Assembly: GCA_934644965.1 (NCBI GenBank)
Contig: CAKUDG010000001.1
Location: 32,500 to 96,499, forward strand
Length of the DNA stretch: 64,000 nt
Reading direction: 5' to 3'
From: an uncultured Victivallales bacterium
GTDB lineage: Bacteria > Verrucomicrobiota > Lentisphaeria > Victivallales > UBA1829
Shown here: positions 20,019-30,161 of the stretch, piece after piece
How positions within the stretch are numbered: the first letter of the stretch is position 1
Layout of the letters: every line of letters begins with the position of its first letter
The notes under the pieces: model-generated
What the model was told of the DNA's origin: nothing
What the model saw: the letters and a program-made list of their open reading frames with translations, nothing else
Databases searched by the model: none
Program-made: the position numbers and the translations under genes

Positions 20019-21086
20019 TCAGCTGTAGAGTTTCTCCGTCAGGGAAACGAGATCCGCCATTTCGCCTGTCGTCCCGACCGTGATCCGGACATAGCGCCCC
20101 GTCACCGGGCCGGGGAAATAACGGACCAGGACATCATGCTCCCGGAGAGAGCGGAAATATTTTTCTCCGTCTCCATCCGGAGGCGAGGCAAAGACGAAAT
20201 TCGTTTCCGTATCCGTCATTGTGAATCCCAGTTCCCAGAGTCCGAGGCTGAGCATTTCCCGCGCCAGCTTCACTTTCGCCACACAGTCCTGGAAATAGGC
20301 GCGGTCCCAGAGCGAGGCCAGGGCCAGTTTCTGCGTCAGCATGGACACATTGTAGGAATCCTTCACCTTCATCATTCCTTCAATGATTTTTTCATGAGCG
20401 ACGGCGTATCCGAAGCGCAGCCCCGCCAGGGAACGGCTTTTGGAAAAGGTCCGGCTCAGGATCAGGTTGGGATATTCCTTCAGCAGATCCGCGCAGTTGT
20501 CGCGGGCGAAATCGGCATAGGCTTCATCAATCAGGACGATTCCCTGAAAATTCTCACAGATTTCCGCGATCCGTTCTTTCGGGAAGCTGTTGCCCGTCGG
20601 CGCATTCGGACGGGCGATCATGAGCAGGAACGCTCCTTCCGCCTGTTTCTCCAGATTCTCCGGCAAAGAAAAATCATCGTTGAGCGGGATCCGGATACAG
20701 GGCGCGCCCTGGATTTCCGCCAGAGAAGGATACAGGGAATAGGAGGGGTCCAGACACGCCATGGGACGCCCTGGCCCGCAGAAACAGCGCATTGCAATAT
20801 TCAAAATGTCGTCCGACCCGTTCCCTGCAATCACATTTTCATACGTCATCCCGAATGCGGCGCCGATTTCCGCCCGCAGTTCGGTTGCCAGCGGGTCCGG
20901 ATACAGGCGCAGCCGTCCGTAATCAAATTCCTGGAGCGTGCGGAGCACTCCCGGCGAAGGCGGATACGGATTCTCATTCGTGTTCAGCTTGACGATGTTC
21001 CGGGCTTTCGGCTGTTCGCCTGGCACATACCCGCTCATTGCCTCGATTTCAGGTCTGAAAAAAGAGACATATTCCTTCATTTTCAT
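20019..21086 (-). CDS. hisC: Histidinol-phosphate aminotransferase
   Basis: 'FSKSRSLAGLRFGY' PLP-lysine motif and 'NENPYPPSP'. The internal start 'MKMKEY' overlaps the hisD stop in an ATGA junction. The longer 455-aa ORF is rejected. Confidence 0.9.
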   Translation of the reverse strand: MKMKEYVSFFRPEIEAMSGYVPGEQPKARNIVKLNTNENPYPPSPGVLRTLQEFDYGRLRLYPDPLATELRAEIGAAFGMTYENVIAGNGSDDILNIAMRCFCGPGRPMACLDPSYSLYPSLAEIQGAPCIRIPLNDDFSLPENLEKQAEGAFLLMIARPNAPTGNSFPKERIAEICENFQGIVLIDEAYADFARDNCADLLKEYPNLILSRTFSKSRSLAGLRFGYAVAHEKIIEGMMKVKDSYNVSMLTQKLALASLWDRAYFQDCVAKVKLAREMLSLGLWELGFTMTDTETNFVFASPPDGDGEKYFRSLREHDVLVRYFPGPVTGRYVRITVGTTGEMADLVSLTEKLYS

Positions 21087-22381
21087 TTTGCCCGTTCCCT
21101 TCTGATGGAGGCGCTTCGCCCGTGTGCGTCCAGCCCCTCCATTGCCGCAAATTGTTCGATGCTGTCTATTTCCGCCATCAGGGCATTCCTTGTATACTGG
21201 ATCAGGCTGCTCCGGCGCATGAAATCGGCTCCGGTGATGCCGTGGAAGAACTTCGCCGTCCCCGCGGTGGGGAGCACATGACTCGGTCCGGCGGTGAAGT
21301 CGCCGCAGGGTTCCGGGGTCCACGGGCCCAGGAAGATGGCTCCCGCCGCCTTGACCTTCCCGGCCACGGCTCCCGGATTCGCACAATGTATTTCCAGATG
21401 TTCCGGCGCATAATTCCCGGCGATTTCCGCCGCATCGTCCATTCCTGCGGCTTCTATCAGGAAGACTCCGTTGGAGAGAACTTTGGTCACGGGGCCCTGA
21501 CGGCTCAGCAGTCTGGACTGCTTCTCCAGTTCCTTCCGCACTTTCTCAAGCATTCCCGCGCAATCGGAGACCAGAACCGCCTGTTCCAGACCGCTCCCGT
21601 GCTCCGCCTGCGACAGCATGTCTGCCGCGATCAGAGCCGGATCCGCCTGTCCGTCCGCAATGACCATGATTTCGGAAGGACCCGCCACCATGTCCACCGC
21701 CACTGTCCCGAAGACCAGTTTCTTGGCCGCGGCCACATAGGCGTTCCCGGGGCCGACAATCTTTTCCACACGCGGAATGCTTTCCGTCCCATAGGCAAGC
21801 GCGGCTATGGCATAGGCTCCGCCGATCCTGTAAATTTCCGTTGCGCCGGCGGCATGGAGAGCATACAATGTCGCAGGATTGACCATCCCGTTTTTCATCG
21901 GGGGAGTGGCCGCCACGATTTCCCGTACACCTGCCGCCCGGGCAATTGCCACAGTATGGAGCGCAGTTGACACCAGCGGCGCGGTCCCTCCGGGGATATA
22001 GCAGCCCACACGCTGCATGGGGGTGAAGCGCTCTCCCTGCATCACTCCGGGACGCGGACGGAATGTCCAGTTCTTCGGAACGGTCCGTTTCGCAAAGGTC
22101 CGGATATTCGAAAGCGCCTGACGCAGAGCCTTTTTCATGGCGGGAGACACCGCCCCGGATGCAGAGCGGATTTCCTCTTCTGAAACCCTGAAGCGTTCCG
22201 GAGTCAAATCCACCCCGTCAAACTTTTTCAGGAAGAACCGCACTGCGGAATCCCCCTTCAGACGTACACTCTCCACAATTTCCAATACGGATTTCTCAAT
22301 TTCCGGGGGGCAGGCAGGCCGATTGTAAAGCGCCTTCAGCGCATTTTCATAATTCTTGTCTTTTCTGCGAATCAGTTTCAT
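21083..22381 (-). CDS. hisD: Histidinol dehydrogenase
   Basis: 'GPSEIMVIAD', 'LSQAEHG' and 'APEHLEI' are conserved HisD blocks. The start is at 22381 (MKLIRRK) or 22408. Confidence 0.9.
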   Translation of the reverse strand: MKLIRRKDKNYENALKALYNRPACPPEIEKSVLEIVESVRLKGDSAVRFFLKKFDGVDLTPERFRVSEEEIRSASGAVSPAMKKALRQALSNIRTFAKRTVPKNWTFRPRPGVMQGERFTPMQRVGCYIPGGTAPLVSTALHTVAIARAAGVREIVAATPPMKNGMVNPATLYALHAAGATEIYRIGGAYAIAALAYGTESIPRVEKIVGPGNAYVAAAKKLVFGTVAVDMVAGPSEIMVIADGQADPALIAADMLSQAEHGSGLEQAVLVSDCAGMLEKVRKELEKQSRLLSRQGPVTKVLSNGVFLIEAAGMDDAAEIAGNYAPEHLEIHCANPGAVAGKVKAAGAIFLGPWTPEPCGDFTAGPSHVLPTAGTAKFFHGITGADFMRRSSLIQYTRNALMAEIDSIEQFAAMEGLDAHGRSASIRRERAK

Positions 22382-22447
22382 TTTCCGTTCCTTATTCTGG
22401 CACAGCATCCCCGGGATGCTTCTTTCTCCTTAGATTAACAGAATATT

Positions 22448-22475
22448 ATTATAATACGGGATCTGTGATTTTCCA
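22448..22475 (-). promoter_or_regulatory. Candidate promoter TGGAAA-16-TATAAT upstream of hisD
   Basis: Read on the minus strand, inside the AT-rich patch 'TATTATAATAATATT'. Confidence 0.3.
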
Positions 22476-22658
22476 GTCCTGGGTGAGCCAAAGTCGTGGA
22501 AAGGCGGTGGAACGGCGGCGTGAAGTAGGGTGCGGGGGGAAGAAACGATCGTTCCGTTTTTCCCTCCCCTGCTGACAATAAGACAACTGCGGAGAAGAAA
22601 ACACGAAAGCTGTACACATTTCCCAAAAGGTTTTCCGTCCCCGGCGTTCAGGCTCTGT

Positions 22659-23588
22659 TCAGACTCTCTTCAGGCTCCGGTCAGATCCGGTCAAGCTCTG
22701 CGGGGTCCTCTCTCCGCTGGAAACGGGAAGTTTGCGGAGTTCGCCTAGAAGCTCCTCCATCAGTTCCTCGGGAGCCGAGGCGCCGGAAGCAATTCCCAAA
22801 GTCTTCACTCCGTCGAGGAATGCCGGATCCAGCGCGGAGGCACAGGGAATCAGAACGGAACACTTCCCGGCTGCGGAGACCAGTTCGGCAAGACGGCGGG
22901 AGTTGGAACTCTTCTCAGAGCCGATGACGATGACGGCGTCGCAAACCGAGGCCAGACGCCGGACCGCCTCCTGACGCTCCTCCGTCGCATGACAGACATT
23001 CGCCCCCGCCAGCAGATCCGGAATCTTCTCCTTCAGAATCGCCGTCATATCGGCGATTTCGCCCGCATTGAGCGTGGTCTGGGAGAGACACGCATAACGT
23101 TTCCCCGGATCAGGACGGAACGCACAGGCCTCCTCCGGTGTTTCGATCAGATGCGATTCCCCTTTGATTCTCCCCAGAATTCCCTCCACTTCCCGGTGTC
23201 CGTGCTTTCCGAAGAGCAGGATCACAAAACCCGATTCGGAAAGAGCCGCGGCACGCCGATGGACCGCCTTCACCAAAGGACAGGTGGCATCTATCACAGT
23301 CAGGCAGGCCCGCCTGGCCCGCGCCTCGACTTCGGCGGAAACCCCATGGGCGCTGAGGATCAGCGTCCCTTCCGGAGGCGCCTCCTCGGGAGTTTCGATG
23401 ATCCGGACACCTCTTGATTTCAGTCCGTTCACCACATGTTCGTTATGAACAATCTCATGCAGGATGCAGACGGGAGGAGCCGCCTGCCCTCCGGCAAGGA
23501 CTTGATCGACCATTTCAAGTGCTCTGCGCACTCCGCTGCAGAAGCCGCGTGGTTCGGCAAGAAGAATCTTTTCCGGAGGCATCGTCAT
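22659..23588 (-). CDS. ispH: 4-hydroxy-3-methylbut-2-enyl diphosphate reductase
   Basis: 'PRGFCSGVRRA', 'HEIVHN', 'ATCPLV' and 'SSNSRRL' blocks. The internal start 'MTMPPEK' makes a 4-nt overlap with the upstream trmO-like gene. Confidence 0.9.
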   Translation of the reverse strand: MTMPPEKILLAEPRGFCSGVRRALEMVDQVLAGGQAAPPVCILHEIVHNEHVVNGLKSRGVRIIETPEEAPPEGTLILSAHGVSAEVEARARRACLTVIDATCPLVKAVHRRAAALSESGFVILLFGKHGHREVEGILGRIKGESHLIETPEEACAFRPDPGKRYACLSQTTLNAGEIADMTAILKEKIPDLLAGANVCHATEERQEAVRRLASVCDAVIVIGSEKSSNSRRLAELVSAAGKCSVLIPCASALDPAFLDGVKTLGIASGASAPEELMEELLGELRKLPVSSGERTPQSLTGSDRSLKRV

Positions 23589-24523
23589 GTTTTTTCCCCC
23601 TTCTCCTCCGCGGCGGATTCCCGGAGCTTCTCCGCATCGTTGTAATGATCGCGGCCGTTTTTCCCGCGGGAAGCGTTGCATTCTGTTCCGAAGCGGGTGC
23701 GGAAGGCGCGGTGGAAATCCTTGTCGGCATACCGGTCCTTTGCTCCGCGCAGGAGCTCTTCCTCCCGGTAATGGGATTCGACTCCATGGATGCGGACGAT
23801 GCGCCTTTCCTCTTCCAGGGAAAAGATCACTCTCCAGGTTCTGCATCCGAGCGAATACCAGTCCGGGGGCGCCGCGGCGTCTTCCTCCGCCAGAGGAGCC
23901 ACCCGTTTCCGGCTGCGGTCCAGGGGACGGTATTTCATCTGGACATTGCAGAAATTGAAAAGATCCAGCCCTGCATGATCGCGCAGCCATTCGGCCCGTT
24001 CGTGCGCCGCCGGATCAAAGATGATTTCCCAGACAGGCTCCTGAGCAATGAGATCCCGCCATCCTGCGGCGGATCCGGGGAAGGAATCGGCTTCGGGAAT
24101 ATAGGGTTTGATGTCGAGGACGGGTGTGGCGTCCAGAATGTCCGAGTTGCGGATGAGCAGCCCGTTCCTTTCCACCGAAAGGAGTTCCACGCAGCTGATT
24201 CCGATGGGATTCGGACGATGCGGGGAACGCGTTGCAAAGACGCTGTAGCGTCTTCCGTCCGGTGTCAGAGGAGGACGCACCTTCGGGCGCCACGTCTCGT
24301 TCAGATGGAAACAGAAGATCACCCAGATCCGCTCAAACCCCTTCAGATCCTCCGCCGCAACGTCGTAGTGATATCCGGAGACGAACTCAATAAAGGCAGG
24401 CATCCCGGAGGAAAAGGGCGCCTGCCTGGGCGCTTCAAAGCGATAGCGTGCCTTCGTCCGCAGATACCCGATGGGAGTGAAGCGGAACAATTCCGGCTGC
24501 TCAGAGGATGCGTCGGAGGGCAT
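23585..24523 (-). CDS. trmO: tRNA (t6A37) methyltransferase TrmO/TsaA family protein
   Basis: 'FATRSPHRPNPIGIS' and 'LDATPVLDIKPYIP' are typical of the YaeB/TrmO fold. A C-terminal extension is present. Confidence 0.8.
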   Translation of the reverse strand: MPSDASSEQPELFRFTPIGYLRTKARYRFEAPRQAPFSSGMPAFIEFVSGYHYDVAAEDLKGFERIWVIFCFHLNETWRPKVRPPLTPDGRRYSVFATRSPHRPNPIGISCVELLSVERNGLLIRNSDILDATPVLDIKPYIPEADSFPGSAAGWRDLIAQEPVWEIIFDPAAHERAEWLRDHAGLDLFNFCNVQMKYRPLDRSRKRVAPLAEEDAAAPPDWYSLGCRTWRVIFSLEEERRIVRIHGVESHYREEELLRGAKDRYADKDFHRAFRTRFGTECNASRGKNGRDHYNDAEKLRESAAEEKGEKT

Positions 24524-24527
24524 CGGC

Positions 24528-25298
24528 TCAGGATTCGCAGTGGTTCTTCGTCAGATAGTCGAAACTCATCTTCAGAGACTTGAACGGATCGAAACGGCAG
24601 ACGTCCTCTTCCACAATGAACCACTTGCACCCGGATTTCTCCGCCGCGGGAATGATTTTCGACCAGTTCAGATTCCCGTATCCGATTTCCATCATGGAAA
24701 CCGCGCCCTTCCAGATCCCGTAATCCTTCAGATGCAGCAGGGGAAGGCGTTTGTGAAGTTTTCTGCACCATTCCACGCAGTCGCCTCCGCCGAACTGGAC
24801 CCAGTAGGTGTCGATTTCCCCCATGAATTTTTTCGGATCGGTATTTTCGTAAATGATGTCCAGACCGAGTTTTCCGTCCTTGAACTTCACGAATTCCGCC
24901 GCGTGGTTGTGGTAGCAGAAGACGATTCCGGCCGAAGCAAAGACCTCAGCTGCCCGGTTCAGTCGCCGGGCCAGTTTTCTGTAGTCCGCCGCGGTGGCGG
25001 GAGCAGTGTGCGGCCACGGATATGCCGTATAGCGGCAGTTCAGAATCTGAAGACGTTCCACCACTTTTTCCGGAGTGTCGAGCACTTCATCGCCGCCGTC
25101 ATGCGACGCACAGACAGTCAGGCCCTCCCCATCCAGAATCTTTGCCAGTTCCCGATAGTCAATGGGCCCAAGTCCGGAAATCTGGACCGCGCGGTACCCG
25201 ATTTTCCGGATCTTCTTCAGGGTTGCGGCCACATCCGACGGGGTTTTCGTGAATTCTCTGACGGTGTAAAGCTGTGCGGCAATCTGCTCTTTCTTCAT
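24528..25298 (-). CDS. Sugar phosphate isomerase/epimerase (xylose isomerase-like TIM barrel)
   Basis: The length and pattern 'AAQLYTVRE..LKKIRKIGYRAVQ' plus 'YHNH' and 'HLKD' match the metal-ligand context of this family. Confidence 0.75.
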   Translation of the reverse strand: MKKEQIAAQLYTVREFTKTPSDVAATLKKIRKIGYRAVQISGLGPIDYRELAKILDGEGLTVCASHDGGDEVLDTPEKVVERLQILNCRYTAYPWPHTAPATAADYRKLARRLNRAAEVFASAGIVFCYHNHAAEFVKFKDGKLGLDIIYENTDPKKFMGEIDTYWVQFGGGDCVEWCRKLHKRLPLLHLKDYGIWKGAVSMMEIGYGNLNWSKIIPAAEKSGCKWFIVEEDVCRFDPFKSLKMSFDYLTKNHCES

Positions 25299-25762
25299 TT
25301 CTGCGCATCCTTCTGGCTATTGACTGTTGCTGACATTTTTCGGCTCCGGCCGGAAATTCTTCCGAAGTCTCTGAGAATTCCCGTCTCCGGCAGGCGGACA
25401 AGCTTTCCGCCGTACTTTCTTCCATGCGTTCTTTCAACGCGTCCTTAACAATACGTCTGTTTAATGTACGTTTTTCCCGGCGTATTGCAAACCGTTTTCT
25501 CCGTTATTTTTCAGGAAACGGACTTGCTCCGGATGCACGGTCATGGCATATTATCCCAGCCCGGAGCGGAGGGCGGCGGAGGGGGGGAGCAGGAATCCTT
25601 CTCCGTCTCCGCAGCATTCCCGGCCCCGTCCGCAAGAAAGGGAGGGGACAGAAACCGGGAAAGAAAAAGACGGACGGAGAGGGGAGGAAATCCTCTCCGC
25701 CTTTGGATGGATTCCAATTCAGATTCATATTTATCCCAAGGACCAAGGAGCGAAGAGACATC

Positions 25763-26686
25763 ATGAAGGACCTCATCATCATCGGAGGCGGCGCCGCCGG
25801 ACTCACCGCGGCGATCTATGCGGCCAGAGCGGGACTTGCGCCCCTGCAAATCACAGGCGCCCTCCCCGGCGGACTCCTCACGCAGACCACCGACGTGGAA
25901 AACTATCCCGGTTTCCCGGATGCGGTCAACGGATACGAACTCATGTTCCGTTTCCAGAATCAGGCGGCGAAATTCGGCACGGAAACACTCAACGGGATCG
26001 TCGAATCCGCCGTGCTGAAGGATGGAGGACCGCACGAAATCAAACTCACGGACGGGCAGACTCTGCTCTGCAGGGCGCTGATCATCGCCACAGGAGCATC
26101 TCCGCGATGGCTCGGGCTGGAGTCGGAACAGAAATTCCTGACCAAAGGAGTCTCCGCGTGTGCAACGTGTGACGGGGCCTTCTTCCGCGGCGTTCCCGTC
26201 GTTGTCGTCGGCGGCGGAGACACCGCCATGGAGGAAGCCAACTTCCTGACCCGTTTTGCCTCCAAAGTCCATATCGTCCACCGCCGCGACCAGTTCCGCG
26301 CATCGAAAATCATGGCCGAACGCACCCTTGCCAATCCGAAGATCGAAGTACACTGGAATTCCACGGTCGAGGAAATCCTCGGAAAAGACGAGGTTGATGC
26401 CGTGAGAATCCGGAATGTCCTGACGGGCGCCGAAAGTCTCATCGAATGCAAGGGCTATTTCGCCGCTCTCGGACATGCTCCAAGTACCGCGCCTTTCCGC
26501 GGGCAGATCGAACTCGACGACGCAGGATTCATCGTCCTGAAGCCGCGCAGTTCCGAGACCAGTGTCGACGGCGTCTTTGCGGCTGGCGACTGTGCCGATC
26601 CCGTCTATCGTCAGGCGATCACCGCCTCCGGCATGGGCTGCCGCGCCGCCATCGATGCCGCCAGATGGCTCGAAGCCAGAGCCTGA
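25763..26686 (+). CDS. trxB: Thioredoxin-disulfide reductase
   Basis: 'IIIGGGAAGLTAAIYAAR', redox-active 'CATCDG', 'VVGGGDTAMEEA', 'GVFAAGD'. The AAGGAG RBS precedes the ATG at 25763. Confidence 0.9.
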   Translation: MKDLIIIGGGAAGLTAAIYAARAGLAPLQITGALPGGLLTQTTDVENYPGFPDAVNGYELMFRFQNQAAKFGTETLNGIVESAVLKDGGPHEIKLTDGQTLLCRALIIATGASPRWLGLESEQKFLTKGVSACATCDGAFFRGVPVVVVGGGDTAMEEANFLTRFASKVHIVHRRDQFRASKIMAERTLANPKIEVHWNSTVEEILGKDEVDAVRIRNVLTGAESLIECKGYFAALGHAPSTAPFRGQIELDDAGFIVLKPRSSETSVDGVFAAGDCADPVYRQAITASGMGCRAAIDAARWLEARA

Positions 26687-26739
26687 TCCGCCGGAATTCT
26701 CCCTTTCATCCAGACTCGCGCAGGCGCAGCCGTATATGT

Positions 26740-28038
26740 ATGATGAAAAGCCGTTATGATGTCATTGTCTGCGGGAGCGGTCCTGCTGGTCTTTCCGCCG
26801 CAGTCGCCGCTTCCGCACCATGGGACGACGGGGGGGAAGAAGGAAGAAGAAGAAGAACAGCGGTTCTTCTGGCGGAGCGTCTCGGCCGCTTCGGTGGGAA
26901 GCTCCCTGCCAGCGGCGGAGGGCGCTGCAACTTTTCCAATCTCCTCGCCCCCGTTCCTTTCATGGAGGCTTTCGGGAGAAACGGCCGCTTCATGACCGAG
27001 TCGCTCAGAACGGCTCCAAGGGAATGGCTCTGCGATTTCCTGAAAGAAAGAGGCGTCGTCCCGGAAGCGGCAGACGGATTTCATTATTTCCCCCGCAGCG
27101 GAAGGGCAACAGACATCCTGGACGTTTTTCTCAGAACGGCAGAAGAGAACGGCACGGAATGCCGGCTGAACGACGAAGCGGAAGAACTGATTCTGGAAAA
27201 CGGAAGCATTTCTGCCGTCCGATTCCGTTCCGGAGAGACGCTTTCCTGCCGGAGCGTCGTCCTTGCCTGCGGCGGCACCGCCATGCCAGCTCTCGGAGGG
27301 ACGGATTCGGGGCTGAAACTGGCGAAGAGCATCGGACATGACATTGTCACACCCCTGCCCGCCATGGCGCCGATCTGCCTGCGGGAAGACTGGGTGAAAC
27401 GTCTCAGCGGGATTTCTCTTCCGGATGTCCGGCTTTCCTTCTCCTCCGGGAGGCTGCATTCCGCCGCAAGGGGCGAACTGCTTTTCACTCATGAGGGTTT
27501 CTCCGGACCGGCGGCAATCAATCTTTCTGCAGAAGCGGCAGAGGTTTTCCGGAAAAAGGGCGCTCTCTCGATCCGCCTCAGCTTCCACGCCGCCATGACC
27601 CCGGAAAAATGGGCGGAGGAACTGGGGAAAAGGAAATCTCAGGATCCAGCAAAACAGATCAAAACCGTTCTCTCCGCTTTCCTTCCCCGTTCGCTGGCGG
27701 AGGCCGTCACTGCGGAAACAGACCTCTCAGGGAGGATCATGCGTGATCTCCCGCCCCGCGAGCTGGAACGGCTGATCCGCTTCCTCTGCTCCGCGGAATT
27801 CCATGTCGAAAGAAACGCGCCCATGGAAAAGGCCATGGCGATGAAGGGCGGGGTGTCTCTCCGGGAAGTCGATCCGAAACGTCTGGAAAGCCGTCTGGTC
27901 AAGGGGGTCTTCTTTGCCGGGGAACTGCTTGATCTCACTGGACCGTGCGGAGGATACAATATCCAGTTCGCCTTCTCTTCCGGGCGTCTCGCCGGAATTT
28001 GTGCGGCGGAAAACGCCGCCGGGTCTTCCTGCTCCTGA
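26740..28038 (+). CDS. BaiN/HI0933-family NAD(P)/FAD-dependent oxidoreductase
   Basis: 'YDVIVCGSGPAGLSAA', 'GGGRCNFSN' and the C-terminal 'GGYNIQFAFSSG' are hallmarks of the family. Confidence 0.8.
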   Translation: MMKSRYDVIVCGSGPAGLSAAVAASAPWDDGGEEGRRRRTAVLLAERLGRFGGKLPASGGGRCNFSNLLAPVPFMEAFGRNGRFMTESLRTAPREWLCDFLKERGVVPEAADGFHYFPRSGRATDILDVFLRTAEENGTECRLNDEAEELILENGSISAVRFRSGETLSCRSVVLACGGTAMPALGGTDSGLKLAKSIGHDIVTPLPAMAPICLREDWVKRLSGISLPDVRLSFSSGRLHSAARGELLFTHEGFSGPAAINLSAEAAEVFRKKGALSIRLSFHAAMTPEKWAEELGKRKSQDPAKQIKTVLSAFLPRSLAEAVTAETDLSGRIMRDLPPRELERLIRFLCSAEFHVERNAPMEKAMAMKGGVSLREVDPKRLESRLVKGVFFAGELLDLTGPCGGYNIQFAFSSGRLAGICAAENAAGSSCS

Positions 28039-28081
28039 GTTCCTGCTGCCGAGTTCCTGCTCCTGAGTTCCTGCTGCCGAG
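28026..28081. repeat. Tandem repeat, 4 x 14 bp (TTCCTGCTCCTGAG / TTCCTGCTGCCGAG alternating)
   Basis: Read directly from the sequence. It straddles the stop codon (28036-28038) of the BaiN-like gene. Confidence 0.9.
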
Positions 28082-28266
28082 CCTCCGGAATCCGCAGTCC
28101 GGTTTGACGGGGACATGAATACGCGAGCCTGGTCTCTTTTTTCCTTTCCACAGGTCATCCTCCGGGAAGAACACGGGGGTGGGACACCCATTCATCTTGC
28201 TGTTTCTGTCCCCGGGGGGGGGAAGGAAGATTCCCGGGAGTGAAAGGGTGGAGGAGACTCCCCCTC

Positions 28267-29760
28267 CTACGGGGAAATCCCTTTCCGCGCCTCTTCCTGA
28301 CTCAGCAGGATCAGGAGCGTCTTCTGCATTTCCTCATCCGGATAACGCTTCAGGAGTTCCGCGGCGGCTTCAAACTTCCTCATGTTCAGGAAGGAGAAGA
28401 AGAGGAAATTCCGTGCGGAGGAGACTCCGTAAAGATCTTCCATCTGCCAGCGGACGAGAGCGCTGTCCGGCGCCCGTTCAAACTCACGGCAGAAGAAGTT
28501 GTTCCAGACCGAATTGCGGAATTTCAGGAACTTGTCTCCGGTGATATGCGGTTCCCAGGCAATGCACCACGGCTCATACGCCCCCAGAGACGACGTGAAC
28601 ACCCCCCATCCCACACAAAAGACAAAGCAGATGCAGCGGAACGATTTCGACCATCCTCCCAGATCCAGCGCCGCATAATAAAACAGCAGAGGAATCAGCG
28701 GGATGAAATACCGGAACCCGAAACTCCATCCCCCGTATTCCATCGTGACAAGCCAGTACAGGATCATCACCGCCCCCGCAGAACACAGCATCATGCAACG
28801 CAGAGGATCCGTCCTGAAAAATCCCTTTTTCAAAATCCCGGGTAACACAAACAGCAACGCCGGCATGTAAAAGAAAATGCCTTTGAAGCCGAATGTGGAA
28901 TGGAAAATATATGTCGGGACCGCCGCGGCCCGCAGCAGAACCTTGTGCGTATGTGTCCAGTAGAGCGGGAACGGAGATCCGTACGCAAGGACGTTGATCC
29001 CGAGACAAAGAAAAATCACTCCCCACGCTCCCGCCGCATAACAGAGCGCCTCCGTCATTCTCTCCCATGCCGGACGCTCCTTCCTCCGGCGGAACAGAAT
29101 CCAGAAAAAGGAACTGATCCCGAACACTCCCCCGAAAATATAATCCTGATTCAGCAGCAGTCCGCAGAGCACCCCCGCTCCGAGAGCCAGCATCCGGGTC
29201 AGGCCTTTTTCCTCTCCCCGGCTGAAAAGCAGCAGAAGCAGAAAAAGAGTCAGGGCGGCGGGCGTGTGATTGTTGATCGTCACGGAATAACTGAAAATCA
29301 TGGTGGAAAAAATCACCGCAAGAGAAGAAAACACGCGGTATCCTTCCCCGGAAGAAGGCAGTCGTCTGCTCATCAGACGGTAGAAAAACGCATACAAAAG
29401 AAAATTCAGCGAATAAAAACACACAAAATGAATCAGAAAAAGAGTCAGGTGATAGTGTTCTGGAAATCCGATCCCCGTCAAATGACGCAGCAGAAAGTAA
29501 AAACACGCCGCCCAGAGCTGGATCAGCAGTGGCTTGTCGCTGTATGCGTGTCCCTCCAGAAGCACTTTATCCACCGCGCCGAAACGCGACCGGTCAATGG
29601 CAAAGGTCCCGTAATCGACCAGGGATTCCACTGTTGCCATCCGCGAAGATTCAATCCCTGACAGCGTCACTTCATCCTTCACATACACCAGGCCGAAGAG
29701 CAGAATCAGCACCAGTCCGGAGGCAAAGAGGTGTTTCCTGAAGAAGTTCATGATTTCCAT
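28267..29760 (-). CDS. GT39/ArnT-like (PMT_2-type) membrane glycosyltransferase
   Basis: Polytopic protein with N-terminal 'ESSRMATVESLVDYGTFAID....HAYSDKPLL', resembling 4-amino-4-deoxy-L-arabinose / dolichyl-phosphate-mannose transferase-like proteins. The start is set at 'MEIMNFF'. Confidence 0.6.
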   Translation of the reverse strand: MEIMNFFRKHLFASGLVLILLFGLVYVKDEVTLSGIESSRMATVESLVDYGTFAIDRSRFGAVDKVLLEGHAYSDKPLLIQLWAACFYFLLRHLTGIGFPEHYHLTLFLIHFVCFYSLNFLLYAFFYRLMSRRLPSSGEGYRVFSSLAVIFSTMIFSYSVTINNHTPAALTLFLLLLLFSRGEEKGLTRMLALGAGVLCGLLLNQDYIFGGVFGISSFFWILFRRRKERPAWERMTEALCYAAGAWGVIFLCLGINVLAYGSPFPLYWTHTHKVLLRAAAVPTYIFHSTFGFKGIFFYMPALLFVLPGILKKGFFRTDPLRCMMLCSAGAVMILYWLVTMEYGGWSFGFRYFIPLIPLLFYYAALDLGGWSKSFRCICFVFCVGWGVFTSSLGAYEPWCIAWEPHITGDKFLKFRNSVWNNFFCREFERAPDSALVRWQMEDLYGVSSARNFLFFSFLNMRKFEAAAELLKRYPDEEMQKTLLILLSQEEARKGISP

Positions 29761-30161
29761 TGTCACGGACACGCTTTCTCCTCTTTTTCCACTTTCTTTA
29801 TCTGTCTCTCTCCGGACTTTCCCCCCCTGTATCCCTCTCCCGAATCCCTCTTTCTTCAGAATGGTGTTTTTCCGGGCCTCCGCTTTCAGAGTGGTGTTTC
29901 CTGCCGTTTTTCCCCGGCTCCGCCCTGCCCTTCCTTCCATTTTCGCGGAATGGGGGAGCGTGAAAGAGTGAAAAAGCGCGGATATCAGTTTTTTTAACCA
30001 TAAACGAGGATATGGAAATGTCAAGGGAAAACGGGGGGATTCCCCCGGAGCAAATCATTCATTTCTCACCAGCGGAGAAGCCGGAAGGAGGAAAAAAGGG
30101 AGGGGGGACTGGAAAGAAGGAAGCCCCCTGACGAGAGAAGAGCTTCCAGAAGGAAGTCAGC

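Noticed and set aside
20019-21386. Extended N-termini in the ORF track for hisC (455 aa), ispH (443 aa, 22659-23990), trxB (25424), the BaiN-like gene (26446), GT39 (30024), GH16 (45046), MBL (61351) and SDR (51887).
   Set aside because: The extensions overlap upstream genes or intergenic DNA. They are low-complexity, and the conserved protein begins at an internal Met that has an RBS or an ATGA-type coupling. Internal starts were therefore used.
22537-22564. A hairpin, GGGAAGAAACG-atcgttc-CGTTTTTCCC, about 100 nt downstream of ispH, considered as an intrinsic terminator.
   Set aside because: It has a 10-bp stem with one bulge, but no U-tract follows on the minus strand (the ispH direction). 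I do not call it a terminator.
28026-28081. Possible CRISPR-like array.
   Set aside because: The units are only 14 bp long and directly adjacent, with no spacers, and no cas genes are in the window. It is a simple tandem repeat.
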